Shown: positions 41,432 to 52,021 of the stretch, piece by piece | Layout of the letters: each line of letters starts with the position of its first letter | Numbering within the stretch: the stretch's first letter is position 1 | DNA from: a virus | Direction: 5' to 3' (one strand) | Virus record (IMG/VR): IMGVR_UViG_3300020048_000068 | Span: 32,317-96,316 of that record | DNA: 64,000 nucleotides | The notes under the pieces: model-generated | Told to the model about the DNA's origin: nothing | Database searches by the model: none | Seen by the model: the letters and a program-made list of their open reading frames with translations, nothing else | Translations under genes and position numbers: made by a program

Positions 41432-42220
41432 TTACTTATTTAGTTTTTCTAAAATACTGGTTTTAATTATCTGATTATTAGGATCTTTAAACCAAGATAC
41501 TGCTTCTTCAATACCATAACCAATAACATCTCCCATATAACAAATAGTAGGACCTTCTTTAGTCAATACATTCATTCTAAGAGCATCAAGTACTGTAGCC
41601 TTAATATGATTCTCTTTTTTATCCTTCTTAGCATAAGTAAGAAACTCAATAGGTTTACTTTTAATAATATCATCAATAGCAACATCAATAAAGTTCTGAC
41701 TTCTACCTTTAAGAGGTTTATCACCAAGACAAATAGCAATATTAATCTTCTCTTCGAGTGACATTTTAGCAGCAGCTATAATACACGAATTATTAATTTC
41801 AACTTTCTTAGCTTTTACTGCAATTTCTTCTTCTTCACTAAAAATATAATGAGTTGCTTCTGAAAACATACCATCTTCATATTCTTTTAAACTATTAGCT
41901 ACAAAAGGACTTCCTTTCATAATACCTACTTTAACAGCATCAAGAACATTTTTAGTATCGAAGATCATAGTATTGTTCTCAAGTTTAACTCTTCCTTGAG
42001 CACTACAATAAAACTCATGTGGTTTATCTACTCTAAAAGTAGTATCTAAATTAACTCCCAACTTTTCACCATAAACTTTGAGTTCTTCTTCATTTAGATC
42101 GACTGAATATCTACCTTTATCGTACAAAGCTTCAATAGTAATTGGTCTTTTAAATGATTCTTTACCACCTTTCTTATGCCATGATTCTTTCTCTATAACT
42201 CTAACTTCAACTTGTGCCAT
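41432..42220 (-). CDS. Conserved crAss-like protein downstream of the MCP
   Basis: 262 aa with C-terminal IGYGIEEAVSWFKDPNNQ; conserved position. Confidence 0.65.
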   Translation of the reverse strand: MAQVEVRVIEKESWHKKGGKESFKRPITIEALYDKGRYSVDLNEEELKVYGEKLGVNLDTTFRVDKPHEFYCSAQGRVKLENNTMIFDTKNVLDAVKVGIMKGSPFVANSLKEYEDGMFSEATHYIFSEEEEIAVKAKKVEINNSCIIAAAKMSLEEKINIAICLGDKPLKGRSQNFIDVAIDDIIKSKPIEFLTYAKKDKKENHIKATVLDALRMNVLTKEGPTICYMGDVIGYGIEEAVSWFKDPNNQIIKTSILEKLNK

Positions 42221-42283
42221 AAATATTTGTTTTAATTAATTAAATTATCTGTCTAAAGACAATTTAATATATAACATTTTCTT

Positions 42284-43441
42284 TTAATTACAAGAATTTT
42301 CTTCAATAAAATTATCTATTAAATCTGTAATATTAACATCTGAATATTTAATTCTTAATAGTGGTATATTATTAACTTTACAATATTCATTTTTAATTTT
42401 ATCTTTTAACTGTAAATTATTAAATGCTTCCTCACCACCAAAATAATCTACAGGTCTAAAATGTTGTTCACCATCATATTCTATTAATATATTATGATCT
42501 ATTAAATAAAAATCAAATTTTAATAATCTAATAAATTTTAAATCTGAAAATGTCTTTTGAGTTTCAAATTTTATATTTTTATTAGATAAATATAAATTTA
42601 TCGTATTTTCAGCTTGTGATGATTTACATAATGGACAACCAGAATTTTGTATATGTGATGCTGGTGTCTGACTAAAAATCAAATTATGTTTTTTACATAA
42701 AATATCAACTTTATTGAATGTACCAGTATAATTTACATTACTATAATCATATTTATCTCCGTGTATTAAAGTAGCTTTTTGTATAAATCCATCTGTAGAC
42801 CAAATTCTATCACCACTTAATTTATCCGAAGCACATTTTTTACAACCACCACCTTTTAAAAGAACTTCTGCTGTAGTTTCATAATCACCATGTATTTTAC
42901 AGGTAACTATTACTTTTTCTCTTTTACTTACATATAGTGTTTTTTCAAAAGACAAATTAGGAATATCTTTTACTCTATCAAGAAATTGTTGTTGAGTTAG
43001 TGTATTACTATTACTTGTTGCTATTTTAGCACAAACTGGACAACCATGACCTTCTATGTGAGAATGTGGAAACATTAAATGTTCACCATGTTCTGAACAA
43101 ATTATAATTATTTTCGTTGTTGCGTTAATATAATTTGTTTTAGAATAATCAAATTTATTGTTATGTATCTTTCTTGCTTTTAAAATCCAATCTTCATTTG
43201 ATAATCTTTTATTCTCTTGATTAAATTTAGTCATTGCTATTTTTCTGACTAACTTAGAACATTCAGGACATTGAGATTTTTGTAAATGCCATTGTGGTTT
43301 TGTTATAAACAAACCATGTTCTGGACAAATTACTTTTATATCTGTTAACCCATTAATGTATTCTACTTCTGAATAATCAAACTTATTATTCCAAATGATG
43401 TTTACTTTTTCTATAAAACTTTCTTTTGTTAACTTTTTCAT
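42284..43441 (-). mobile_element. Free-standing homing endonuclease: four CxxH..CxxC Zn-ribbon repeats plus a Vsr-like PD-(D/E)XK domain
   Basis: Repeated FIxKA..H.KYDYS.V.Y...K..I.CxxHG....GCPxC units; C-terminal LKFDFYL..ILIEYDGEQH; more AT-rich than the flanking MCP gene. Confidence 0.8.
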
Positions 43442-43488
43442 ATATTGTACTATTTTTAGTTATTGAAACTTACTCATAGTACAATATA
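43441..43488 (-). promoter_or_regulatory. 13-bp inverted repeat occluding the endonuclease translation start
   Basis: TATATTGTACTAT (43441-43453) / ATAGTACAATATA (43476-43488); the stem includes the A of the ATG. Confidence 0.65.
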
Positions 43489-43543
43489 CAAAATAAATAT
43501 TTAAGAACCAACTTTATTTAGTGATTAACACATATACAAGAGA

Positions 43544-44989
43544 TCACCCTCTGCGGAGAATAAGCTCTCCTGCTCTTGTGATATCTTCAATGTGAATACC
43601 TTGCTGTTTTTCAACGTGCATCTCATAGTAACCACCACTGTGAGACATAAGTCCCTTAGTATTAGGTCCATAAGGAGTCTGCATACCAGCAACATAACCC
43701 AAAGCAAAACCATTAGTCCTATCAACAAGCTGAACATTCTTAGCACTCAATCCACCATCAGTTACATCAAGGAACGTATATCTCATACTCTCAATAGGAT
43801 AACCAGTAACTTCATCTTTTTCAAAGTTAATCTGAACATCATCATAAAGAGGATTATGCTCAAGTTCAAGAGAAGCACCGTTAGCCATGTTGTATTTAAC
43901 ATACTGTAGACCAACAGATGCACCAACACTTGTATAAGAACTACTTGCAGGTTTCTGATAAATATCAACAGTCTTGATAAAACCACTATTATCTACCATA
44001 CTCTGTACAGCACGATGGAACTGCAACATACCATATTCACCAGTGTAAGCCTTAATCTGACGACCAGAACCCGGACGAGTTTTACCGTAGAAAATATCCA
44101 TAAGATACTCTTCAATCAATTTAGCAGAAAGAGTATTGTAGTAGTAAATATTACTATCCTTCAACAATTCCTGAACACCGGGGCCTGAATAGATAGGACG
44201 TCCACTTGCACTATTAACAGTATTAGTAGATTTAGAATACCATGCACCTCTCTCAAGTTCCCTATACCACTGCTTCCAATATTCAACTTCTGCATAACCT
44301 ACCCATGTATCATGGTAAACACCATTAGAGTCAGGAATCTTAATTGCAAGAACCTGATTAGCAGCATCATTAGTAACCTTATACATCTTACGATACCTAG
44401 ACATACGACTAGACAACACAAGAGGAAGAGAGTACTGAGTAGAACCAGACTGTTCTTCAGCTTCACCATATTGTGAATAAAGTTTAGCCCAGCGAGTACC
44501 TGGAGATAGATATTTAATAGGAAGATAAGCACCCCTATCATCACTCATATAACGAACAGAATACACACAACCATTACCCTGTTTACCAACAACTTCCTGA
44601 ATACGTAGCTGAATATCAGGATTACCTGGATGAATAACGTCACCAGCAAGATACCAATCTTCATCAAGTTTAATTCTAAATTCCTGATTATATTTACCTG
44701 GAGTAGAATTAGCACTTTCAAGATTCTCAACAACTACCAAAGGACGAGTAGACAAACCACGAAGTTCCCATTCCCATTCACTACTACCAATAGTACGAGT
44801 ACTACCGGTCTTCATCAACATACCAGTCAGAGGATTATCTGAATAAGTATATGCACTGAAAATCTGATTAGCCTTCGATTCAAAAATCTCTGGTTTGATA
44901 ATCATAGCAGCACCAAGATGATTCTTTTCAGTCATGTTAGCGTGCCAAGGCATCTTTTTAATAATTAGTTTATTCTCAACTATTGCCAT
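43544..44989 (-). CDS. Major capsid protein (crAss-like, HK97 fold)
   Basis: 481 aa in portal-scaffold-MCP order; MTEKNHL, EWEWEL, SGPGVQE, YTGEYGMLQFH, LEHNPLYDD motifs; codon usage suggests high expression. Confidence 0.9.
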   Translation of the reverse strand: MAIVENKLIIKKMPWHANMTEKNHLGAAMIIKPEIFESKANQIFSAYTYSDNPLTGMLMKTGSTRTIGSSEWEWELRGLSTRPLVVVENLESANSTPGKYNQEFRIKLDEDWYLAGDVIHPGNPDIQLRIQEVVGKQGNGCVYSVRYMSDDRGAYLPIKYLSPGTRWAKLYSQYGEAEEQSGSTQYSLPLVLSSRMSRYRKMYKVTNDAANQVLAIKIPDSNGVYHDTWVGYAEVEYWKQWYRELERGAWYSKSTNTVNSASGRPIYSGPGVQELLKDSNIYYYNTLSAKLIEEYLMDIFYGKTRPGSGRQIKAYTGEYGMLQFHRAVQSMVDNSGFIKTVDIYQKPASSSYTSVGASVGLQYVKYNMANGASLELEHNPLYDDVQINFEKDEVTGYPIESMRYTFLDVTDGGLSAKNVQLVDRTNGFALGYVAGMQTPYGPNTKGLMSHSGGYYEMHVEKQQGIHIEDITRAGELILRRG

Positions 44990-45017
44990 GTTTTTTTTGT
45001 TTTAATTGTTCTTTTTA

Positions 45018-46184
45018 TTATTTAAAATAATCAATAAGTGATTTTCCTGAGTCTACAGTTTTATATTCCTTTCTTGTTCTAATAGTATGAAGTGTTTTCT
45101 TATTAGCGTCACTTTCTGCTTTCTTTTTAACACTACTAAAATCAAAATCACTATTTACTAGTTTTGCAAGAAGTATTAGTTTCTTTTCATCATTAAATAT
45201 TTCACTAAGTTTAGTTTGAAACATAGTTGCAGATAACTTTGTCTCTTTATTAAAAATAGGTTTAGTAATGAAGTCAACAAGAGATCCATCTTTTTTAGGG
45301 TCTATCATTAGATCACCAATCTGTTTTTCAGTATTAATAATTGTTCTCAAATTATTATGAAACTTTCTCTGGTGTTCTACTTGTTGTTTTTTATTATCCT
45401 CCTGTTGTTTAAGTAATTCAGTTTTTTCTTTAGCATATTCAAATTCTAGTTTCTCAAAGTGCTTCTTAGCATATTTCTCTAAAGTACCTTTCTCACCATA
45501 ACTTACAATCCTATCATCAATATCATCAGAATCTAAATCTTCATCTAACGAATAATAATATCTTAAAAATGCTTCTTGATTTTCTTCACTATCAACATTA
45601 TCAACTGGTATTTCAGATACCTGACCATACAACTCAAAAAACTTTCTTGTATCACCACCATTACTTTTAAATTTTAAAAATGTAGCAGCATCATTATCCA
45701 AAGTTGTAATCAAATTTTCTATAATACCATTTGCTCTAGTACTAACTTCTTCTTCAATCTTCTCAAAGAACAAATCAGGAGTAACTTCTTCATCACTAAA
45801 GTCAGTAGTAAATACACCCATTTCTTTAAAATCTTTAGCTAGATCACTAAACAGCTTTATTTCTTCTGGTGTACTAGAAAGGGTTTCCTTCTTCTCTTTC
45901 TTTTCTTCTTCTCCTTCTTTCTTTTCCTTTTTCTCTTTCTTATCTTCCTTCTCCTCTCCTTCCTCATCTTTCTCTCTAGGAATAAAAGTAAAGTCATCTT
46001 CACTTACTATATTCTCTGGTTTTTCAGGTTCTGTTAGAGTACTATTATCTATTTCTTTCTCAACCTTAGTAGCAGGAACAAATACTGTTTCTACTGCTGA
46101 ATTAGGTACCCCAAAAAAATCATTTACATTAGGAGTATCAAATTCAAAATTATCCAACAAAGAGTCACTATTTTCTACTAGCAT
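45018..46184 (-). CDS. Acidic coiled-coil protein, probable scaffold
   Basis: 388 aa, E/K-rich, between portal and MCP. Confidence 0.65.
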   Translation of the reverse strand: MLVENSDSLLDNFEFDTPNVNDFFGVPNSAVETVFVPATKVEKEIDNSTLTEPEKPENIVSEDDFTFIPREKDEEGEEKEDKKEKKEKKEGEEEKKEKKETLSSTPEEIKLFSDLAKDFKEMGVFTTDFSDEEVTPDLFFEKIEEEVSTRANGIIENLITTLDNDAATFLKFKSNGGDTRKFFELYGQVSEIPVDNVDSEENQEAFLRYYYSLDEDLDSDDIDDRIVSYGEKGTLEKYAKKHFEKLEFEYAKEKTELLKQQEDNKKQQVEHQRKFHNNLRTIINTEKQIGDLMIDPKKDGSLVDFITKPIFNKETKLSATMFQTKLSEIFNDEKKLILLAKLVNSDFDFSSVKKKAESDANKKTLHTIRTRKEYKTVDSGKSLIDYFK

Positions 46185-46264
46185 ATTAATTACATTTAAT
46201 TTATTAAGTTTTATACAATTTCAAAATGTATTTTTGTATCTATTTAATTTAACTTTAAATAGCA

Positions 46265-48721
46265 TTATTTATTAGTCTTTCCCATCTTACTAATCTTCTG
46301 TTTATCTAAAGATAACTTTTCTTTATCTATTTCTTTTTGATGTGTATCCATAGTCTGTTGCTGATTAAATTTCTTTTCATCTAAGTCTTGTTTCTTCTGT
46401 TTAAGATTAGCTTCAATACCATGTTTATAAACCTCAAATACATCAGGTTCTCCATCACTATCACTATCTTTATTAACATCAAATCCCATAGATAACATTG
46501 CTTGTTTCTGTAATTCAGTTTCCCTTCTTTCAGATTCCTTTAATACTATCAACTCCTTCTCTCTTTCAAATGCTGCTTGACTATATGCCTCCTGTTGTTT
46601 AGCTAATTCTTGTTGTTGTTTATTCTTAAATTCTTCCATATCTTTTTGTCTCTGTTCAAAATCTCTTTCAGACTTCTCAAGTAATTCCTGAGCTGCCTGT
46701 AAAGTATCACTCATAGTTATCTTAATAACATCACTAAAGTTAGCTTTATCATTCTGTAAAGCTGCTTGCGCAAGTTGTTGAATCATCTGTTTAGTCATCT
46801 GTATCTTACTAGAATTAGAAACAAATAAACCAAAACTACTTGCAGCTAACATCTCAGTATCAAGAGTTAAATACTGTACTGACATATCATCTAATACATA
46901 ACTTAATCTCTCTGCTTTCTTAGGATCAGCATATATATATCTAGATAGTTCTAATAATGATGTAAGTACATTACGTTTAACTCTTTCGTGCATATTAAAA
47001 TCAGGTTCTAATATATTAGATACCATATTAATATTCTGTTCTGTATTACTAACAGCAGCACTATTAGCAATCTGACCTTCTATCTCTGGAGTAACTCCAA
47101 TAGCTCTACCACACTTCTCTTCTATATATGTTGCTAATTCAATATACTTTTTGATATCAGCAACCACACTTAAATCTAATTCTTTACTTGCAGTAGATAC
47201 ATCACCTAATTCATTAGTTGGATCCATAAATCCTATCTTTAATGTATCTATAAAGTAGAGCCATTTATCCATGTCAATACCTAAAGATTTAGGAATCATC
47301 TTACTATTAATAAGTGCAATCTTACCTTTATCACTCGCCATTAGTTTCTCAACTCTAAACATAATAATATTATAATAGAACTGCCAAGTCTTCATCCTAT
47401 CCATAGCTGATATAGGTTCAGCATTTATATTATCATAGATAACACCATGGTAAGGTAACTTCACATTATATAAATTATTAATATCTCTATACTGTCCTTT
47501 AAGTGGTTTCATTCCTTTATAAATACCAAAACCAATTCTATATCCTTCGTGTACTTCTGGAATCCATTCCCATTCAATACCTATATCACCTGCTTCTTTA
47601 TCTAATTTATAATCTTCATTAACAGGTTTAGTTACTTCAACTCCTTCAGCATCTACATAAGTAAGGAAACCAATCTTTCTAAGACTCTTCCATGACGCAT
47701 GAAATACCCTTACATTTCTTCTATAATTACTTACTTTAGTATCAGTAAAAGTAAACTGAGGGTCAACACCTCTACCTTCTGCTAATGAATAAATAGTATC
47801 TATCTCATCTTCATCCAATTCTTTACTAAACAAGGCTACAACTTCACTAGGAGACATGTTCATCTCATAGACAGCCCATTCACCATCTTCAATAAACTCT
47901 GTATCTGGAGACTTTGCACAGTCAAAATATACAGGATTAATTACTCTACAGATTGGTAATTCATTTCTTTCTCCAACCCAATAAACTTCATAAGCAGAAA
48001 TACGACCATGTTTCCATCCTTTATTAAATGTGTCCTTTATATAATTAAATTGATTTACCCACTCAAAGAGTTGTGACATCATTACTTCAGCAGGGTCTTG
48101 ATGTTCTCTTGCCATATACTTAGCAATCTCAGGAGGAGTAGCAGCTTGTATACTTGCTTCTATTTCTTTTTCTATCTGTGCTTGCTGTTCAGGAGTAGGT
48201 TGTTGTCCATTAAGTTGAGCATAAGCTTCTTCTTTCTTTTGTTGTTCAATAGGCATCATAATTTGAGATATTACATAATCTCTAATCCTACCAAAGTGTT
48301 CTTCTTCCTTTCTAGTAGTAGCTTCTTCGTTAATAGCAAGTATTTTAAAATCAAGAGGTCTTCTCATTTCCATACCAAGAAGTGCTCTTATCTTATTACT
48401 TACGATATCTTTATTAGTGAAATTAGCAGGTAACTTTAATTCAGCATTCTTTGGGTTATTAGAGTAAGGTCTAATTACATAGTTAAAATCATCTTCATTA
48501 ATCTTATTATTAAATAAATCATAATTAGTTTTCATCCTCATAGTTTCTGATATACCACCAAAACCATAAGAATGATAAGCAGCAGTATCAAATGTCTGTA
48601 TCTTATGTTTATACCATGCCTGGTTATCAGCATCCTTTTCTTTTTGACTTATTCTATCTCTCTTAGTACTACTTAAATAACCATTAGTAGGAGACATTGA
48701 TGGTTCTGTATTATGATTCAT
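46265..48721 (-). CDS. Portal protein
   Basis: 818 aa directly downstream of the terminase; KIRALLGMEMRRP, WEWIPEVHEG, MDRMKTWQFYYNI; C-terminal coiled coil. Confidence 0.9.
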   Translation of the reverse strand: MNHNTEPSMSPTNGYLSSTKRDRISQKEKDADNQAWYKHKIQTFDTAAYHSYGFGGISETMRMKTNYDLFNNKINEDDFNYVIRPYSNNPKNAELKLPANFTNKDIVSNKIRALLGMEMRRPLDFKILAINEEATTRKEEEHFGRIRDYVISQIMMPIEQQKKEEAYAQLNGQQPTPEQQAQIEKEIEASIQAATPPEIAKYMAREHQDPAEVMMSQLFEWVNQFNYIKDTFNKGWKHGRISAYEVYWVGERNELPICRVINPVYFDCAKSPDTEFIEDGEWAVYEMNMSPSEVVALFSKELDEDEIDTIYSLAEGRGVDPQFTFTDTKVSNYRRNVRVFHASWKSLRKIGFLTYVDAEGVEVTKPVNEDYKLDKEAGDIGIEWEWIPEVHEGYRIGFGIYKGMKPLKGQYRDINNLYNVKLPYHGVIYDNINAEPISAMDRMKTWQFYYNIIMFRVEKLMASDKGKIALINSKMIPKSLGIDMDKWLYFIDTLKIGFMDPTNELGDVSTASKELDLSVVADIKKYIELATYIEEKCGRAIGVTPEIEGQIANSAAVSNTEQNINMVSNILEPDFNMHERVKRNVLTSLLELSRYIYADPKKAERLSYVLDDMSVQYLTLDTEMLAASSFGLFVSNSSKIQMTKQMIQQLAQAALQNDKANFSDVIKITMSDTLQAAQELLEKSERDFEQRQKDMEEFKNKQQQELAKQQEAYSQAAFEREKELIVLKESERRETELQKQAMLSMGFDVNKDSDSDGEPDVFEVYKHGIEANLKQKKQDLDEKKFNQQQTMDTHQKEIDKEKLSLDKQKISKMGKTNK

Positions 48722-48754
48722 TTATATAAGTTAATATTATAGTTAATAATTAGT

Positions 48755-50851
48755 CTAATTTTTAAATAAAGTAAATGCAAAGTCATCCCAAAACTTCTCA
48801 TTCTCTTCTAATCTTTCTCCGTGTATTTTATTCTCTCCATCATTTTCAATAAACATCATTAATACAATTAACGCACTTATTCTATCAAAGTTACCTTTCC
48901 TATTATATTGTATTAATTCTTCAAGTAAACCTATATCATATATAGTATTTAAGTTAAGAATAAGTTTATTTTCTGAATCAATATTCTTTTCAGTTAATAA
49001 CCACTGTTTAAGATACTTTTCACCAGCATCTTTAAGTTTTTCATTCATGTGTATACCATATACACGTGCTACTTTAGAGTGTTTAATAGTAGCAGATATA
49101 ATAGCATCAGGTTGTACAGAAAGTAAATGTAACTTCTTTCTTTTAGTAAAATAAGACCTTACTTCAGTAACTTCATTTTCAAATCCTATTTCTGCTGCAT
49201 ATAATTCACTTAACATTTCTAAATTTCTATTATAATCATCACTTGTATTAGGTCTACCTACATAAGATGCTACTAAACAATCATAAGTAGATTGCCCTTG
49301 CATTACTCCTTTGTATACAAATGTAGCACCTAATGAGGTACTATCGGCAGCCTGATTCTGCCTATAAGGATCATAACCTATTTTATATAAACCCTTTGGA
49401 GCATCAGGTATAGGATATTCATATATAACTACTGCTCCTCTAATATCGGTATCTTTAATTTTATATGAAGTAATTGGTGTTAATTCATTCTTTAAATCTA
49501 TTTTAAATTTAACTTTACCACTATCTTCATCTCTATATAAAGTACCGGCCATGCCTTTCTTAATATGTAAATTCTCTCTTCTAACAAAATCAAGTTGATG
49601 TTGTAATTCTACAATAGGGAAATCATTAGTAGATACAGTTAAGAATGCTTCACTTGGACAAAGAGGTTTCTCCTGTACACGTTTTTGTAATACATAAGAA
49701 CTATTAGCAGCTTTTCTTAAAGCTTCTCTCTTATCTAACTCATATTTCCTTGCACCTTCAATATCAGAATTACCTTGTTTATCATAAAAACCTACTAAAT
49801 TTAATGTTTCCGGATGGAAGAATCCACATGATGAAGCTGTAGCATTATCATCCCATATATTAGTAAACGGTAATAGATCATAAGCTTCTGGGTTAAAAAA
49901 CATTTCAGCAAAATCTAATGTACCAGATTCCATATCACCACCAGTACCAAAAATAATCATCTGTCCTGTAACAAACGATCCGTCTTCCAAAGATTCTTTT
50001 GTTGCCATATATGAATCTTTTAAATTTGGAAATTTACCAGCTTCTTCAAAAAGAATTAGCAAGGGGTCTTTTCCTCTACAGGCATCAGCATTATCACCAA
50101 ATGTTAAAGCAATAATTTCAGACATATAACCTCTTTCTACAGGAACACCTTGTACAAAACTTTTATAAGAAGCTTTTCTGTGTTCCTGTTTATCAACAAA
50201 TTCTCTTGCTTTTCTCCATCCAGTATTAGCATTTAAGAAATCAATAAATCTACTTGTCATACCCATAGTACCACGAGGATAAAGATACTTTTTATCATAA
50301 GCTCCTATAACAACTAATGAATCAGGTACAGTATTATAAACATTAGCACACATACTTCCTCCTTTGTAGGAATATCCGCGACGACGTGCTTTACCAACAA
50401 TCATATGATAACCACCAGTTAGAAATCTATCTTGTAAAGTAAATTCTAATTTTAGATTATCAAAATATTCTCTACTACATCCATTTCTTGCAATATCCAA
50501 AGCATGAAAATAGTTATAATCTCCATCCCAAAAATCAGGACAAACTGATACTTTAGAACCTTTAGTTTTCTTAATATCTTTAACTACACTCTCATCACCT
50601 TTATCTTTAGTCAACATGATATTAGTGAAGTTAAGGTAGAAGTAATGATGACCTGTTATATAAGCACCACCTACAGAATAACCATCTTTACAACGTCTAA
50701 GTTGCTCATTCCAATAGTCTACCCATGCAGGTGATCCCCAAGCTTCAGGAGTAAAGTACTTATTCTTTTGAAAAGATAATCCTTCTTCTCTAAAGCATTC
50801 TGTATTAATCCAGATACCTTCTTTATTTCTAATTGCGTTAACTTGGGACAT
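48755..50851 (-). CDS. terL: Terminase large subunit
   Basis: GHHYFYLNF, Walker A GKARRRGYS, Walker B LFEEAG, FGTGG, RNase H-like IGYDPY..NFDRISA. Confidence 0.95.
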   Translation of the reverse strand: MSQVNAIRNKEGIWINTECFREEGLSFQKNKYFTPEAWGSPAWVDYWNEQLRRCKDGYSVGGAYITGHHYFYLNFTNIMLTKDKGDESVVKDIKKTKGSKVSVCPDFWDGDYNYFHALDIARNGCSREYFDNLKLEFTLQDRFLTGGYHMIVGKARRRGYSYKGGSMCANVYNTVPDSLVVIGAYDKKYLYPRGTMGMTSRFIDFLNANTGWRKAREFVDKQEHRKASYKSFVQGVPVERGYMSEIIALTFGDNADACRGKDPLLILFEEAGKFPNLKDSYMATKESLEDGSFVTGQMIIFGTGGDMESGTLDFAEMFFNPEAYDLLPFTNIWDDNATASSCGFFHPETLNLVGFYDKQGNSDIEGARKYELDKREALRKAANSSYVLQKRVQEKPLCPSEAFLTVSTNDFPIVELQHQLDFVRRENLHIKKGMAGTLYRDEDSGKVKFKIDLKNELTPITSYKIKDTDIRGAVVIYEYPIPDAPKGLYKIGYDPYRQNQAADSTSLGATFVYKGVMQGQSTYDCLVASYVGRPNTSDDYNRNLEMLSELYAAEIGFENEVTEVRSYFTKRKKLHLLSVQPDAIISATIKHSKVARVYGIHMNEKLKDAGEKYLKQWLLTEKNIDSENKLILNLNTIYDIGLLEELIQYNRKGNFDRISALIVLMMFIENDGENKIHGERLEENEKFWDDFAFTLFKN

Positions 50852-51054
50852 TAACAGGTACTATTATCTACATTAAAAATACTGTGTTCTACTTTTGTTG
50901 GAAGTTTCCATTCACTATTTGGTCCTAAAATAGGATTACCTATCATAATATAAGGATTATGTTCATCTTTGCATTCACATGGTTTATTAGCACCATTAGG
51001 TAATTCTATTTTACCTTTACCATTACAGCATATACAAGTACATTCTTTTTCCAT
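50851..51054 (-). CDS. Small Cys-rich (CxxCxGxG) protein
   Basis: CICCNGKGKI..KPCEC. Confidence 0.55.
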   Translation of the reverse strand: MEKECTCICCNGKGKIELPNGANKPCECKDEHNPYIMIGNPILGPNSEWKLPTKVEHSIFNVDNSTC

Positions 51055-51056
51055 TA

Positions 51057-51197
51057 TTATTTAGTATCTAATGTTATTAGAGGAGTTAATGTTTCTTTAT
51101 AGTTTACTTTATTAATATAATATCCTTCTAATTCCCACAACTGTTCAATTGCATTGTCATAAGCTATTTTCTTACCTATTTCAAATAGTGATGTCAT
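51057..51197 (-). pseudogene. 46-aa ORF resembling the C-terminal half of the N4 Gp49/Sf6 gp66 family
   Basis: Not in the track. MTSLFEIGKKIAYDNAIEQLWELEGYYINK...; ATGA overlap with the upstream gene. Confidence 0.55.
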
Positions 51198-51769
51198 ATA
51201 CTATCTATTTCCTCTGGTCTAATTTCAAAATGATTGATTTCTCTATTACTTCTAGTCTTATTACTTTCATATAATTCTTGTTCTACTTTCTGTTGCATAA
51301 GAGAAAGCTGTTTTAATGTATCATATGCCTTACTTGTTATTTGTGTTATATGAGAAGGTGTATATACAGGAGCACCTCTATTATCTCTTTCACTTAAATC
51401 TACATCTTCAGAGAACTTAATTAACTTCTCCACTGCTTTAACAAGTGATCTATAGAAGCGGAGGGACAAAGAACTTTCATTTTGTATTTCATCATATACA
51501 TTAGCAGCTACTTTAACAGAAGCATCAGGTATATACTTGACATCATCGAATACATGTTCACAAACTTTCCTATGACGATTAAAGGGTTCATAATTAATAA
51601 AAGGATTTGTCTTCTTAAATGAATACATAAATTCAATATAAGAAAATTCTTTAATTGCTTGTTCTTTCTTTTTACTTTTATCTCTATCCCATAATACTTT
51701 AAATGGTTTAATTAGTAATGCTTCAGTTGTTGGTATTACTATATTATTTTCTATATGAAATATGTTCAT
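51194..51769 (-). CDS. Conserved crAss-like protein upstream of the terminase (small-terminase candidate)
   Basis: LIKPFKVLWDRDKSKKKEQAIKEFSYIEF motif; position. Confidence 0.55.
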   Translation of the reverse strand: MNIFHIENNIVIPTTEALLIKPFKVLWDRDKSKKKEQAIKEFSYIEFMYSFKKTNPFINYEPFNRHRKVCEHVFDDVKYIPDASVKVAANVYDEIQNESSLSLRFYRSLVKAVEKLIKFSEDVDLSERDNRGAPVYTPSHITQITSKAYDTLKQLSLMQQKVEQELYESNKTRSNREINHFEIRPEEIDSI

Positions 51770-51993
51770 TAAAAGAAATCTGGTTTAGTAATAGCACGAG
51801 TTAATTCCATAAATCCTTTTTGTAAATCTGTTATTCCAATAGCAAGCCATCTTTTATCTACATCAGGATTTCCTGACATAGCATCAGTCATACTACCAAT
51901 AGAATTTGCCATTTCTTTTACTACATTCATTGCTGATATCTGAACTTCATCAAGTTCTTTATATCCTTTAATTTTCCTATGTTGATTATCCAT
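51769..51993 (-). CDS. acb2: Acb2-like anti-CBASS cyclic-nucleotide sponge
   Basis: MDNQHRKIKGYKEL..MNVVKE..RWLAIGITDLQKGFMELTRAITKPDFF closely matches Pseudomonas phage Acb2 as I recall it ([41 protein letters not shown]). Confidence 0.85.
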   Translation of the reverse strand: MDNQHRKIKGYKELDEVQISAMNVVKEMANSIGSMTDAMSGNPDVDKRWLAIGITDLQKGFMELTRAITKPDFF

Positions 51994-52021
51994 TATTGTT
52001 TTCTAATTCTTTAATGTCCAT

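Noticed and set aside
1566-48433. Plus-strand and nested ORFs in the track (e.g. 1566, 6054, 14997, 17065, 34906, 35709, 43592, 48098)
   Set aside because: They lie antisense to or out of frame within long, motif-bearing minus-strand genes and have shadow-ORF composition.
42284-50851. Introns or inteins in MCP, portal or TerL
   Set aside because: All are uninterrupted and of expected size; the endonuclease lies outside the MCP reading frame.
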